Counted from the first letter of the stretch, positions 1 to 13,741 are shown. The stretch: DNA of 64,000 nt from Octopus sinensis (GCF_006345805.1 NC_043003.1:113584001-113648000); one strand, 5' to 3'. The notes: a model not told the origin generated them from the sequence alone. A program made the numbers and translations.

Positions 1-689
1 TTTCATTGAAGGCACATATGAACAGCAAGACTAAACTTATCAGGATTTGAAATCACAATGCTAACATTCCCAACAGGCATTGGAAAGAATTTTTATTTTG
101 ACAACCATTTCTACATTTCTTCCCATTCTATTTTCCTTATTTTCTTTCTCTCTTTAATCTTTTTTCTTTCTTTCTTTCTTTTTCTTTCTTTTTTTGTTGA
201 AACAGTAAAGAAAGTAAATGTTTAGAAATAACGATAATGTTTTACAGACACCTGTAACTTTATCCGTATAAACAGAGGCTCTCCTTTTAGTCTCCCAGCA
301 AAGGTAAAAGCCAAAGGCAGTCACTGCCAGATTTGAAGTTAAGATACTATGTGAGAGAACTGAATGGGGAACAGGGCGACAAATTTGGTAGTGGAAGGAG
401 CTATAGTCAATTATATGGACACCTTATTTTGCTGGCTCTCAATTTATTAACTTTGCAAAAATTGTTCATTAAATTGCTATTTCTGCAAATTCTCTAACTT
501 GTTAATGTCAATAATAATAATAAAATAATAATAATAATAATAATGACTTCTTTATTTACACAAAGAAGACATTATGTACAGCACAGGACAAAACAAAAAA
601 AATGTGTGTGCATATGTGTGTGAGTGTGTGTAGTTGTGAGGGTTTTGCATGTAAACAAGACTAATAAAATAAGAAAAAAAAGTAATACT

Positions 690-1160
690 AAAGGATGGGT
701 TACAGTAAATATTCTGCTCAATACTACAGATTTACTTGTCAGTTGTTTGACCTTAACCAGTTGAGTATATTCCTTAGTGGCTGACGATATGTGCATCTCT
801 AATCACAAGCAGAAGTAGTGAGAGAGCATCATAGCCATGGTTTGAGAGGAATTTCTTTGGAGTTTGGATAGCTCACCTGAGGAAACATGGGTGTTTTGTT
901 CATCATCCTTAAACCTTATTCAGGGACCTTTTGAGCAGGATGAGTTACTCAACCTGAAGAAAATTCTAACTGGGCCCTCACCTGCAAGGTCATGTGTTGT
1001 TTATCTTGATATGAGTTCTCAATGTTATGCACATAGGTTTGTGATGCATGTGCCTGGTGTACGCTTATCAGACAGGTAACCATGATCGATATATTGAGTC
1101 TCATATACTAGTACCCCAGTGTCACTTTGATGGCATGTGCTGCTCTCTCACTCAATGATA
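690..1160. repeat. Interspersed repeat, class unassigned
   Basis: GC-richer block resembling a common octopus-type repeat from memory; no second copy in the window. Confidence 0.35.
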
Positions 1161-4100
1161 AAGCAGTAAATAAGATACATTCATATACCTTATTTGTCCC
1201 ATATTTTGGCGGGTTACTTCTCAAACGTTCATTTTTGTTTTTATATAAAGATGGTAGGTCAGATTGATGAGGTGGGATACAGTGGGAATGTGTCAAGAAT
1301 ACTGACAACAGAGAAGGTAAGAAACTTTACACCAAGTATATCGAAATGTATTTGGTGAGTTGAATTCATAAAGAAATTCAAATAATGGTTTTAATGGCTT
1401 TAATAGATATTTTAATAAACACAATGAATATACTAATGATAGTAATTATGAGGTTGGGAGAATTATGTAATGGAAGCAACAACAAAAAATATGGGAGATT
1501 CCAATGGCTAAGAACTAATTTTAATTATTTTATTTTGCATGGAATAGACTACATCTATCCTGATTTAACCAACTGCTCAGTCTCTACAACCAACCTCTTA
1601 AAATAAGGGAGGCAGACTTTAGAATAAAAACTAACAAGTTGATATCAATGAGATTAAAAGGATGGCCAACTACATTGCAGGTTTAATAGTGTAAATTGGG
1701 GTGGCAGCTACAATGCATGAAAATTATGTGCATGGATATGCATATATGCATGCATGTCTACACACACACATATATATATATGCAAGTGTATACATTTGTT
1801 TTTCAGTGGGGTTAAGCAGAAACTGGTGACTTTTGACTAATTCTTCATTTCAGAGCAGAGGCTCTATTCTACAGCTGTGCATATAAGTTACCTAAGAACG
1901 ACAGTTCTCTTTGTCTTTCCTGTGACTCCCTGAATGTGTCTTCTGAGAAGTGTGGGCCAAGAGACAGACCATCCCACCAGCGAGGGTTTCCTCTCTGTCC
2001 TTTCAGCTCAAGTTTGTCGGATAACACTCTAATCCCATTCTCACACATTTGTAGCTCCCTTAACACACCGGATTTCAACAAACTGTTCTTCCCTGTCTCT
2101 TTTTCCTCCTTTCTGTCTTCTAATTCTGAAGTATTATTATTATTATTAGTAGTAGTAGTCGTAGTAGTTGTAATAATAATTGTATCAATTCAGAACATAA
2201 TCATAAAATAAACTTGTATTATATTTATATGAAATAAAGATGAAAAATCAATGATAAAAACAAAAAAGGATGATTTTTTTTCATTGTAGAGGGTTACAGA
2301 GCCATAGGCTGGAGGGGATTGGATTTGGTCCCTGGGTTCCCAACTAGTGAGAATGTGGCTCACTATTCTTTCGATTACTGTAATGAGTTTAGAAGAAGCT
2401 AATGTTGGTGCCAGTACACATGATAGTAAGTCTTTTGCTTTACCATTTCTGTTACTCTGCTTCTATAACAATAATAATAATTTCTAATGAAGGCACAAAG
2501 TCAAAGATTTTGAGAAGAAATGGTTAGACATTTAAATCGATTCTAATACTTGACTGAAAGCTTATTTTACCAGTTCCGAAAGGAAGAAATACATGGTTGA
2601 CTTTGGCAGGATTTGAACTTAGAACATAAAGAGCTGAAATGAATACCACAAAGTAATTTAGCCCAAGGCTCTTATAATTGATTGTTTTGCTATATTGCCA
2701 ATACTAAACGATAAGAAAATTAATTTCTAACAGGAGGAGGAGGAGGAGGAGGAGACCAGAAATTTTGTGGGTTGAGAATGTTTATTTGATTTCTGTATTT
2801 TTTGCCAGCTTCAAAAGGTTGGCAAATAAAATTGACCCAGCTGAGGTTAGAACTTACTAGCAGAATACTGCAAAGTATTTCATTTACTAGTTCTGCCATT
2901 CTGCCACTTGCCAAATACTAATAATAACAACAATAATAATAAACATCTGAGTAATCAATCACAATTTTGCTGGGAGATAAGTCAAAATCAGGAGATAATA
3001 TTTTATTGACCACAGAAGGTCAAGAAGCAAGAAGAGTCTTATTAGTGTAACAACTGAAGAATGTAGCAGAACAAAGGAATTCCAAAAACCATTTTATCAA
3101 CCACTTTGTTGATTCAACAATTCATCAACCTTTAAGTAGTAGTAGTAGCAATAATAATGATGAAAATAATAACAATGATCCTTTCTACTATAGACACAAG
3201 GCCTGAAATTTTGTTGTGAGGGAGAATGAGTCAATTACATCAACCCCAGTGTTTGACTGGTACTTAATTTGTTGACCCCAAAAGGATGAACGGCAAAGTT
3301 GACCACAGTGGAATATGAACTCAGGACATAAGGATGGACAAGATGCTGCTAAGCATTTCGCCCAGCGAGCTAATGATTCTGCCAGCTCGCTACCCTAATT
3401 ATAAGGATAATGATGATGGCTTCCAATTTAGGTACATCATCATCATCATTATCATCACGATAATCACTAATGGAGGCAAGAGGCTTGCAATTTCAAGGTG
3501 AGGTGGGGGTGGGTTTAATTCCTACTATTGATCTTGTTACTTAATCTAATAACCCTGGGAGGATGAAACACAAAGTTGACCTTGCTTGGAATTCAGAATG
3601 CAAACTGCAAGAATAAAAACCATACAACAATTTGTCCAAGAATTCTGCCAGCTCTAATAATAATAGGTCCCTGACTGAGCATACATAAGATTATATTCAT
3701 AGAAGTTAGGTACAAACTTGAATAATCAACCATGATTATGACAGGTAAATATGTCTATTATTTTGAAAGGTATCCATAAGACGTCTGAGGTTTAAAACAT
3801 CTTCAGGTTTGGGAAACACTTGTCTTACAAACTCTGAATACAAAGGGACACAACTGATTCAGCTCCCTACCTCCATGATTAACTCCAAGTAATGATAATG
3901 GTAATAGCATTGGAATTCGTTGTAGCTTGAGAGGGTCATTATTCTAATAAAGAAACATATGCACTGGCTCTGTTTCACTTCTATTATTACTATTATTATT
4001 AGTTGACAGTTAACTATTTAAATTATTAATAAATCATTTGATTAACTGTATAATCAATCAACTAGCTTGGTTCATTAGAGTCCTTTCTTTGCTATTCATA

Positions 4101-4394
4101 CCTGCACCAACAATGTGCCCTCTCAACACTGGATCTGTCTGTCTCCAACTTTTCAGATTCTATTTGTGTATTTGTATTCATAAGGATGTGAATAAGAAAC
4201 ATGAGAAAAAAGTGGTGTGTGTGTGTGTTTTGGTACATTCTAGTCCGGTCGCTTTGTTTTGGGGAAGATGGTGCTCAACGGTACCGATCACATTATCACT
4301 TTACCTTTCATTCTAGTAAGTCAAGGGAATAAGGAATTTATCTACCATCCTACTTCACACACAAATACGCAAATGCTTATAGACACACACACAC

Positions 4395-4720
4395 AATCTA
4401 TCTATCTATCCGCTCAGTTGAAGTCGACTCTCGGTTACTCGATGGATCAGTGTCCTCCAGTCAGTTCTATCCTGGGCCGCTTCTTTCAGATTGGCTATGT
4501 CCATTCCGGTATCACTCTTGATGGTGTCAAGCCAGCGGGTTCTTGGTCGGCCTCTTCTTCTCTTGCCACTGACCATTCTGAGCATGATGTCCTTCTCCAG
4601 GGATTTTCTCCGCATAACATGACCAAAATATGCCAATCTATGCTTGGTGATCCTACCTTCTAGCGACATTTTCGGCCTGATCTGCTTAAGAATTTCTAAT
4701 GTATATTTTTTAAACTCAAG
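4395..4720 (-). mobile_element. 5'-truncated RTE-clade (BovB-like) LINE 3' end
   Basis: ORF end RLAYFGHVMRR..LEKDIMLRMVSGKRRRGRPRTRWLDTIK...DRTDWRTLIHRVTESR is typical of the RTE C-terminus; followed by a (GATA)n tail. Confidence 0.85.
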
Positions 4721-5939
4721 GTATAAATTTTTTCTTTTTCTCTGAAGGGAACTGCTAGACACAATCTAACATGTCAGCAGCATTATCTGATAGGTATGCA
4801 CATACATGTGGATTTGCACATTATACTATACCGCCTGTCCCGGGCGATAGGTTGTGGCAGGTGGAAGTGGTGGTGTGGTCATTGCATTTTACCTGTATTG
4901 TTTATGAAGTGATGGTTTCTATTCACTTGTCACTGAAGATTCATATAACTGTTATAATGTTGCACATACAGGTATTTCGATATGGTTTCTATATCTCTGT
5001 TATTCAGTATACTGTCCTGCTTAACCTTAGCATGCTGATAGAGTACTGACATAGATTCCCTATCATTCTTTGAACTGCACCTCCATTCTCTCAGCCAAAC
5101 TCCCAGCAGTCCCCTTTTATATATGCTGTGGTTCAGCTGTTACATTTGCTTTCCTAACATTTTAAGGGATGTACACTGCAAATGGCGATGAAAGGACTCT
5201 GAGAACCCTAGCTGATTCATTGATTAACTATGCAATTAATCAAACAATTATTTGTTTAGATGGTTTATTAATAATGACAAAAGAAATGAAATAGAACTTG
5301 AGGTTGTGCTTTATTGGCATAATGACCCAGCCAAGATACAACAAAATCTGTTTAAAAAATAATTTCACATCAAGTATCTTGTGAACCAAATGCAAAAAAC
5401 AAAATTAACTTTAGAAATTTCCCTAAATTGTTGGATGCATAATTTATAAAAAACAGCACAAAAAATATAATGTGAAAGAAAACAAAATAAAACAAAATAT
5501 TTAAAAGTCTATCAACAGAAACTGCAAATGCTTGTCCCTGACAAAAGGGTCCATATCAGTTCAGATGTTTAGGATTTATGCCTTGCTGGGACGGAGCTCT
5601 GACAAACAAGAGAGGTTGGGTATATTGTACAAAGCTCAACAGAAATAAATAAACTAATGCCAAGGGAAAAGAAACAGATTATGATGTTTATGCTGATAGG
5701 GATGCTGATGTAGAATGATGATGATGACAATGATTGTTCACAATGAATAAAGATGAATGGAAAATGCAATGAAGATTCGAAGGGCAGCAAGGAGGACTAA
5801 CATGCTTTTGTTACTCAACAGCTGTTGCATTATTTTAACAAATAGAACACCTATACACACACACACAGACTTATACGTGTGTATGCTCATATGTGTATAT
5901 ATATATATACATGTATATATATATGTATATATATGTGTT

Positions 5940-5984
<45 letters not shown>

Positions 5985-6501
5985 ATATGTGTATATGTAT
6001 ATATATATGTATATATATATATATATATACCTATATATATACACACACACACATATACATATACACACATATACATATATATATATATCATATACGTAGA
6101 CAAAGATAAATGTAGTAAAAAGGCCTTTTTCCATGACTGACCTTATGCACTTACTACATTAATTCGTGATGTATCTCTATTAAATATTAGTACACATGCA
6201 ATATACATACATATGTATGTGCATATATATATATATATGTAAATATATATATATATATATTTAAATATATATATATATATATATATCAAATTTGTCATAT
6301 CTTGTGTGCATGCAGCAACTAATAGTTAAACAAATGTATTCCTTCAGACTGCTGATGTGTACGTTTTTTTAGCATCATCTGTGGCATGCAGTGGCAAATG
6401 GATGCACTTGCTTGGGAGGAATCAAATTAAAACTGGGGGGTGTAGGAATTTCAAAAGAAAACGTCGGGCAGGAAGGCTGCTTGTCTGTTCAGCTTGGTTA
6501 C

Positions 6502-6714
6502 CTGTTTCACACTTTTCACCAGTGAAGTGCCAATCGCAGTTACATTGGTCCGTCTTAATGTTATAGGTACCATGACCTGAGCAGTCCTTAGAGCAGAGAT
6601 GCTCAAGGTTAATAATGTCCTGCTGGTTACAACTAGGACCTTTGTAGCCCTGGAAACATATGCATCGACCCAGGCTACATAGGCCATTGCTAGAGCAGTT
6701 GTTTATGCAGTCCA
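6502..6714 (-). CDS. TENM: Teneurin exon, EGF-like repeats 4 and 5
   Basis: cccacctcatag|TG GAC TGC...ACA G|gtaacc, 213 nt, phase 1-1. LCSKDCSGHGTYNIKTDQCNCDWHFTGEKC has 5 Cys, as in teneurin EGF5. Confidence 0.95.
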
Positions 6715-7624
6715 CTATGAGGTGGGAAAAAAAAAAATGAAAATAAGATATGAAGTGAGTTTGAGGTCAAAAACAAATTAGAAATGGAAATGTGTAAAAG
6801 ATTAATGCTTTTGTAATTTACTTTATTATTCTTTTATCCTATTTGTTGCATGAAAGGAAAATAAAAATTAAATTCAAAACTGATAAGAAAGGAAAACTGT
6901 GTAAACACTTTAAGGGATATACAAATAAAAATAAACATAAAACTAAATTTACAAAATTAACAAAAGCAAATGGAATTAAATTAAAACTAAAAACAAAAGT
7001 TGAGTTAAAAATAAAATAAAACAATAATTCCTAAAAAGAAAATGAAATAAAAATAATAAAATAATGAAACAAAAAAGTAATAAATGTTTGGGTGTCTTTT
7101 TCTATTGGTTTCAGTCAAGTTGGGGCACCAGTTTTTTTTAAAAATTTTTTGTGCATTTGTACAGATTCCATTTTGCTCCTCAAGACTCCTCGCATTGTTC
7201 CTACAGACCTCTTTGTTGACATGATCCCCTTTCTTTACCTACAAAGTCCACTGGGCACAGCAGCAAAAGCCTCACTCGTTTCCCCAGGTCTATCCTGGTC
7301 CAAATGTCTAACTTCCTTCAAAACCCACTTTTGATAGAAAAGACTTTGAGGATATAATAGAATATTCAGTTTGGTTAATAGTTGCATTTTGTCAACATCA
7401 TTTGCATACAAGACAGCGGGGTTTATAAACTTGATACTATAACACCATCCTACTCAATATCGTTCTCTCTTAATTATATGGGGTACCATACATTGTAAAT
7501 TAAAATTTACTGCAAATCTTTGAATAACAGTTTTACTTATTTTATAAATTTCTTTTATGACTAAAGTAGGTAAAAGTTAGACCTATTGCTTACCAAATGA
7601 AAGCTTTGTTTGTGTTCTGGTAAT

Positions 7625-8012
7625 GGATATGGAAGCACTCCGTCGGTTATGACGACAAGGGTTCCAGTTGATCCGATCAGCGGAACAGCCTGCTCGTGAA
7701 ATTAACGTGTAAGTGGCTGAGCACTTCACAGACACGTGTACCCTTAACGTAGTTCTCGGGGATATTCAGCATGACACAGAGAGTGACAAGGCCGGCCCTT
7801 TGAAATACAGGTACAACAGAAACAGGAAGAAAGAGTGAGAGAAAGTTGTGGTGGAAGAGTACAGCAGGGATCACCACCATCCCTGCCGGAACCTAGTGGA
7901 GCTTTTAGGTGTTTTCGCTCAATAAACACTCACAACGTCTGGTCTGGGAATCAAAACCGCGATCCTACGACCGCGAGTCCGCTGCCCTAACCACTGGGCC
8001 ATTGCGCCTCCA
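7625..8012 (-). mobile_element. Full-length tRNA-derived SINE (family B) with 12-bp TSD
   Basis: tRNA-like head ggaggcgcaatggcccagtggttagggcagcggactcgcggtcgtaggatcgcggttttgattccc; TGTTCTGGTAAT at 7613-7624 and 8013-8024. Related heads at 10683 and about 50168. Confidence 0.85.
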
Positions 8013-8420
8013 TGTTCTGGTAATACATTGCTTATGTTTTGCTACATATTTTTGCCAGTTCAGGGAACTGAAGGATGCGGCTTAATGCGCTGCCCAATTG
8101 TATAGTATTTACCCTCTCTATATGTAAATGTGGATTTCTGAGCTGAGGTGAAGACAAACAAGCTGGTCACACTTCCTTTGCCATTTGTTTACATTTTTGT
8201 TTTCTATTCCACAACAGATAATGTTGCTTCTATTAATTACATTCTCACTTTCAACCCTTTGTGATGTGCAACTAAATCTATGCATATATATATATATATA
8301 TATAATATATGTATATATATGTACAACTAATGTAGGATCAAATTTTTTTCGAAAAAAGAAAAATTTATCAATGGCCAGCATAACAAAAAATATCTTCAAA
8401 GGTTAAATTTATAAATATCC

Positions 8421-8590
8421 TATAAAATAAGGGCAAAAGAAAAATTCTAATGCCAAATATGCCAAAAAAAGACAAATTGTCAATAATCATTATAATTTAT
8501 AATAAGAATTATAAATTATAATGGTTATTGACACTTTGTCTTTTTTCGGCATATTTGGCATTAGAATTTTTCTTTTGCCCTTATTTCATA
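8421..8590. repeat. AT-rich palindrome with arms of about 83 bp
   Basis: aaataagggcaaaagaaaaattctaatgcc... mirrored by ...ggcattagaatttttcttttgcccttattt, few mismatches, centred near 8505. Confidence 0.85.
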
Positions 8591-8593
8591 AGT

Positions 8594-8629
<36 letters not shown>

Positions 8630-8986
8630 ATATTCTGCCCCGTTAAAATTGAATAATAGATAATAGTAGGGAGAAGTGAGGCAAAAGATAAAGAAACAAC
8701 TTCAGAGAAAACAGGGGTTGAGAGATGAGAGCTATCATTGTCCTAGGTAAGGAGGGGGTCGAGATTAACAAGAATAGCAATGAGAGGGAGAGAGACGGGG
8801 TAAGAACGAAAAAAATAAAACAAAGTTCCCTCACATACACACATACGAAAACATAGTGACACAAGCTTACATCTACACACATACACACACACACACACAT
8901 ATATATTTTAATAAAGACATAAAATAAGATTTTGTTTTGATTTTGTTTCGAAATAAGATGTATTTGTTTTGTTTTATCCTCATATA

Positions 8987-9149
8987 GGTGCAGGAGTGGC
9001 TGTGTGGTAAGTAGCTTGCTAACCAACCACATGGTTCCGGGTTCAGTCCCATTGCTTGGCACCTTGGGCAAGTGTCTTCTGCTATAGCCCCGGGACGACC
9101 AATGCCTTGTGAGTGGATTTGGTAGACGGAAACTGAAAGAAGCCCGTCG

Positions 9150-9208
<59 letters not shown>

Positions 9209-9417
9209 ATGCTTGTGCGTCTGTGTTTGTCCCCCTAGCATTGCTTGACAACTGATGCTGGTGTGTTTACGTCCCCGTTACTTAGCGGTTCGGCAAAAGA
9301 GACCGATAGAATAAGTACTGGGCTTACAAAGAATAAGTCCGGGGTCGAGTTGTTTGATTAAAGGCGGTGCTCCAGCATGGCCGCAGTCAAATGACTGAAA
9401 CAAGTAAAAGAGTAAAG
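8987..9417 (+). mobile_element. tRNA-derived SINE (family A) with internal (TA)n(TG)n
   Basis: Head gcaggagtggctgtgtggtaag...ggttccgggttcagtccc, tail ...gactgaaacaagtaaaagag; many copies in the window. Confidence 0.85.
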
Positions 9418-10136
9418 AATATATATATAGGAAGATATAAAAAGTCAGAATTTTGGCAAGGAAATGATGGACCCCTATTTATTTTGTGCAGATCATCACA
9501 AATAGCAAAATAAGAAGTGGCCTAGCATTTCCTAAGGAAAATCCAGAGATTTTTTTATATCTCAATCTAAAATAAAAATGCTCCATCTTCCGTTCTGACT
9601 TATTTTTTCTATCAATAATATTTTTCAATGTACTCTTTTACACCTGTGTGTGTGTGTGTGTGGTGTGTGTGTGTGTGTGTGTTGTGTGTGTGTGTGTGCG
9701 TGTATGCTTGTGCGTCTGTGTTTGTCCCCCTAGCATTGCTTGACAACTGATGCTGGTGTGTTTACGTCCCCGTTACTTAGCGGTTCGGCAAAAGAGACCG
9801 ATAGAATAAGTACTGGGCTTACAAAAGAATAAGTCCCGGGGTCGAGTTGTTTGATTAAAGGCGGTGCTCCAGCATGGCCGCAGTCAAATGACTGAAACAA
9901 GTAAAAGAGTAAAGAATATATATATAGGAAGATATAAAAAGTCAGAATTTTGGCAAGGAAATGATGGACCCCTATTTATTTTGTGCAGATCATCACAAAT
10001 AGCAAAATAAGAAGTGGCCTAGCATTTCCTAAGGAAAATCCAGAGATTTTTTATATCTCAATCTAAAATAAAAATGCTCCATCTTCCGTTCTGACTTATT
10101 TTTTCTATCAATAATATTTTTCAATGTACTCTTTTA

Positions 10137-10174
<38 letters not shown>

Positions 10175-10190
10175 GTGTGTGTGTGTGTGC
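9177..10190. repeat. 495-bp direct tandem duplication bounded by (TG)n tracts
   Basis: cgtgtatgcttgtgcgtctg at 9204 and 9699; the copies differ mainly by homopolymer indels. Confidence 0.92.
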
Positions 10191-11999
10191 ATGTGTGTGT
10201 AAATGAGATAGAAAGAGAGAGAGAGAGAGATTGATAGATGAACAGGTATGTAGATGCACACAGACACACCCACTTAATTATTTTCCCACATTCTGTGGAA
10301 CATGTAAAAAGTTCTTTACACAGGTGAGAATTTAGAAACCAGAAATGGTACAAGAAAGCTATAAAACAGCAGGAATTATTTAAGACTTTTGTGTTTAGAA
10401 GAAAAAGTTCAAAGAATTATTTAGGGAAAAGAAGATAAATTAAATACCGTAAAAAGAAAAGGATGAAAATAAAATCTAATGCTCAAATAATAAGAGGAAT
10501 TTATGGTGAACCTCTAGGAATTTCAGTCAAAGGAGTTTAGGAAATACATCGTGTTATGGATTTTGTTTAAGATGTTTCATATTTACTATTTTAGCAATAG
10601 GTTACTAGAAGTAGAGTTGTTTATTGGTTTGCATGTTTAATTTTGTTGTTCCTTATGATCCAAGTGTTCCATAGGGACAGGTGGAGGCACAATGGCCCAG
10701 TGGTTAGGGCAGCAGACTCGCGGTCGTAGGATCGTGGTTTCGATTCCCAGACCGGGCGTTGTGAGTGTTTATTGAGCGAAAACACCTAAAGCTCCACGAG
10801 GCTCCGGCAGGGATGGTGGTGATCCCTGCTGTACTCTTTCACCACAACTTTCTCTCACTCTTACTTCCTGTTTCAGTCCCCGTTACTTAGCGGTTCAGCA
10901 AAACAGACCGATAGAATAAGTACAGGGCTTACAAAGAATAAGTCCCGGGGTCAATTTGCTCGACTAAAGGCGGTGCTCCAGCATGGCTGCAGTCAAATGA
11001 CTGAAACAAGTAAAAGAGTATATATATATATATATATATATGTATATACTCTTTATACTTTTACTTGTTTCAGTCATTTTACTGCAGAGTAAAGAGTATA
11101 TATATATATATATAATATATATATATATGTATATACTCTTTATACTTTTACTTGTTTCAGTCATTTTACTGCAGAGTAAAGAGTATATATATATATATAT
11201 ATATATAGATATATATATGCATATACTCTTTACGTTTTTACTTGTTTCAGTCATATGACTGCAGCCATGCTGGAGCACCGCCTTTAGTCGAGGGGGCACG
11301 TAAAAGCACTCACTACACTCACGGAGTGGTTGGCATTAGGAAGGGCATCCAGCTGTAGAAACTCTGCTAGATCAAGATTGGAGCCTGTTTTACAGCCATC
11401 TTCAGTCAAATCGCCCAACCCATGGAAACCATGGAAAGTGGACGTTAAACGATGATGATGATGATGAAACACTCACACAGACAAAAGAATGGAAGCTTAT
11501 ACATTTTTAATAAGCTTACACCATATTTCAGATACAATGGTACTACATAATACTGTAAATTATCATTCATGTGTATTAATCAATCTTTATTTGATTGAAT
11601 AAGATTCTACAGACATCAAGAATTGAACACCAACATATCCTTCTCAAAGCTTCACCACACAGATTGGAATAAAAACAGCGTACATCAAAATAAAGCTATT
11701 ATGTGTATGTGTGCATGCGTGTGTTCATGTGTACATTGGTCTTTGCATCATGTAGTTATAGACATGCACCAACATCATATAAGCAATGCTGTTGGTTTCC
11801 AGTCTCCTCTTAAAAATTTTGTCTGACCATGGGAAACAGGGGAGGGTTGATGACAGGAATAGCATCTTGTCGCAGAAAATCTACCATGACAAATTCCATT
11901 TGACCTATGCAAGCTTGGGAAAGTGGGTGTTAAATGATGGTGCTTGCATAGTTCAGGGATTGGACTCCCAATAATCAGCAAAAAGCTGAATTCCCTTAA

Positions 12000-12443
12000 C
12001 CCTTTAGCATTCAAATTAATATGTCATAAGTAATCCTTATTCATTTAAATTTTTTTAAATTAATCTGGTATTATCTTGTAACTTCAAGATTTGAAAGATG
12101 TAATTGTTTATTTTTAGAATGACATTGCAGGGTAGGTGTGAGATACTGGTTCTAGCCAGTTTGAGCATAAAATGAGTAGAATATTCAGGCCGGATATAGC
12201 CGGTTTAACCCTTTTGTTACTAACCCGGCCAAAACCGGCTCTGGCTCTGTGGTAAAATGTCTTGTTTTCATAAGTTTTGAATTAAAATATTCCACCAAGC
12301 CTTAGTCACAATTTACATTCCTAACACTAACTTAATGATAACTAAGTTATGTTACTAAATTATTTCTTATATTTAAAATAATTGAAAGAAACACTGAGCA
12401 TCTCAAAATAAATACAGTAACAAAAGGGTTAAACACTAGAGGG
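12000..12443. mobile_element. Outer piggyBac-type MITE (different family) hosting the 12209-12428 MITE
   Basis: TTAA|ccctttagcat ... acactagaggg|TTAA (imperfect TIR). Confidence 0.65.
12209..12428. mobile_element. piggyBac-type MITE
   Basis: TTAA|cccttttgttact ... agtaacaaaaggg|TTAA; relatives at 21651-21858 and 47204-47690. Confidence 0.85.
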
Positions 12444-12910
12444 TTAAATATGTTATGACATGGTCAGTGTACATGTCTAGCTGTCCATCTGACTCTACCT
12501 TTATAACACCAGTGAGTGTTTCTCACACAATCAACATCTTTATTCCATCAGATTGGGGCTAGGAACAACAATATCTGCAACTTACACTAAATTTTGGTTT
12601 TTAAATAGCTTTCAGATGAATACTTTGTGAGTAAATTTCCTTTAGAGCAATCAAAATAATAAATCATGTATATCTTTGTGCCTGTGTTTACATGTGTTAT
12701 GTATATATGTACAAATGTATATTAACTAGTCAGGATCTACGTTGTAAACTAACTGTCACTACAGGAATTATATATGAACACTATCTATTTTTACGTAACT
12801 GCTTTTTGTACATTCATCATGCACAAAGTACACATACCCACCCACCCGAAACTCACACATACACATACATATGTGTGTGTATGCGTGTGTGTATGTATAT
12901 ATATATATAT

Positions 12911-12993
<83 letters not shown>

Positions 12994-13096
12994 TATATAA
13001 ATATATATATATATGTACACACACATATAGATATGTATATACACACCTCCACATGCAAATATATGTATATATTGTGTGTGTATGCATATGTATGTG

Positions 13097-13129
<33 letters not shown>

Positions 13130-13544
13130 CTCAAACAATGCATATATTTATACACACAACTCGATCTCTCTATACACATATATTCACAGAAGACTCAAGC
13201 AAATATAAACAAACAGCAGAACTCTTCCAGGATCTGATAAGACATAATGGAATGCAGCAAGAGAGCAACAGACAGAAGAATGAGGATGAAAAAAAGAATA
13301 AAGACAAGAAGCGCTAGAAGATGGGAGAGAGATGGGGAACGACTGCAAATAGACAACACTGATTCATTGCAGATGTTGCTTTCCATAGCTACTTCTTTAA
13401 TATGTCTTATCTGCAAAGATTGAGAGATATCAGGGTAGATGTTGGCAGTTGTGTTTTGTAATGAAGGTGAAAGTCATGGTGCCAGAGACGGTGGTGGTGG
13501 TGGTGGTGGTTATGGATGAGAGCTACACAGTCAAACTGACACAG

Positions 13545-13595
<51 letters not shown>

Positions 13596-13741
13596 CAGTA
13601 CATAGAACCACATTCTGAAACACAACTAAAAAAAGATTATGTTGATCGTTGGGTTGTCCAGTAGTTAAATAAAAATAATAGAGTTTCGTGAGTAATAATT
13701 CTTACAAACAATCTACAAACTATAGATTGCCAATTATATGT

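Noticed and set aside
5757-6140. Numerous [12 protein letters not shown] ORFs here and at about 12.7-13.3, 52.3-55.4 kb and elsewhere
   Set aside because: Translations of (TA)n, (CA)n and (TACA)n microsatellites.
7940-8012. tRNA-like sequences at SINE heads (also 8987, 10683, 43720, 47600, 50168)
   Set aside because: Each continues into a SINE body, some with TSDs; these are not standalone tRNA genes.
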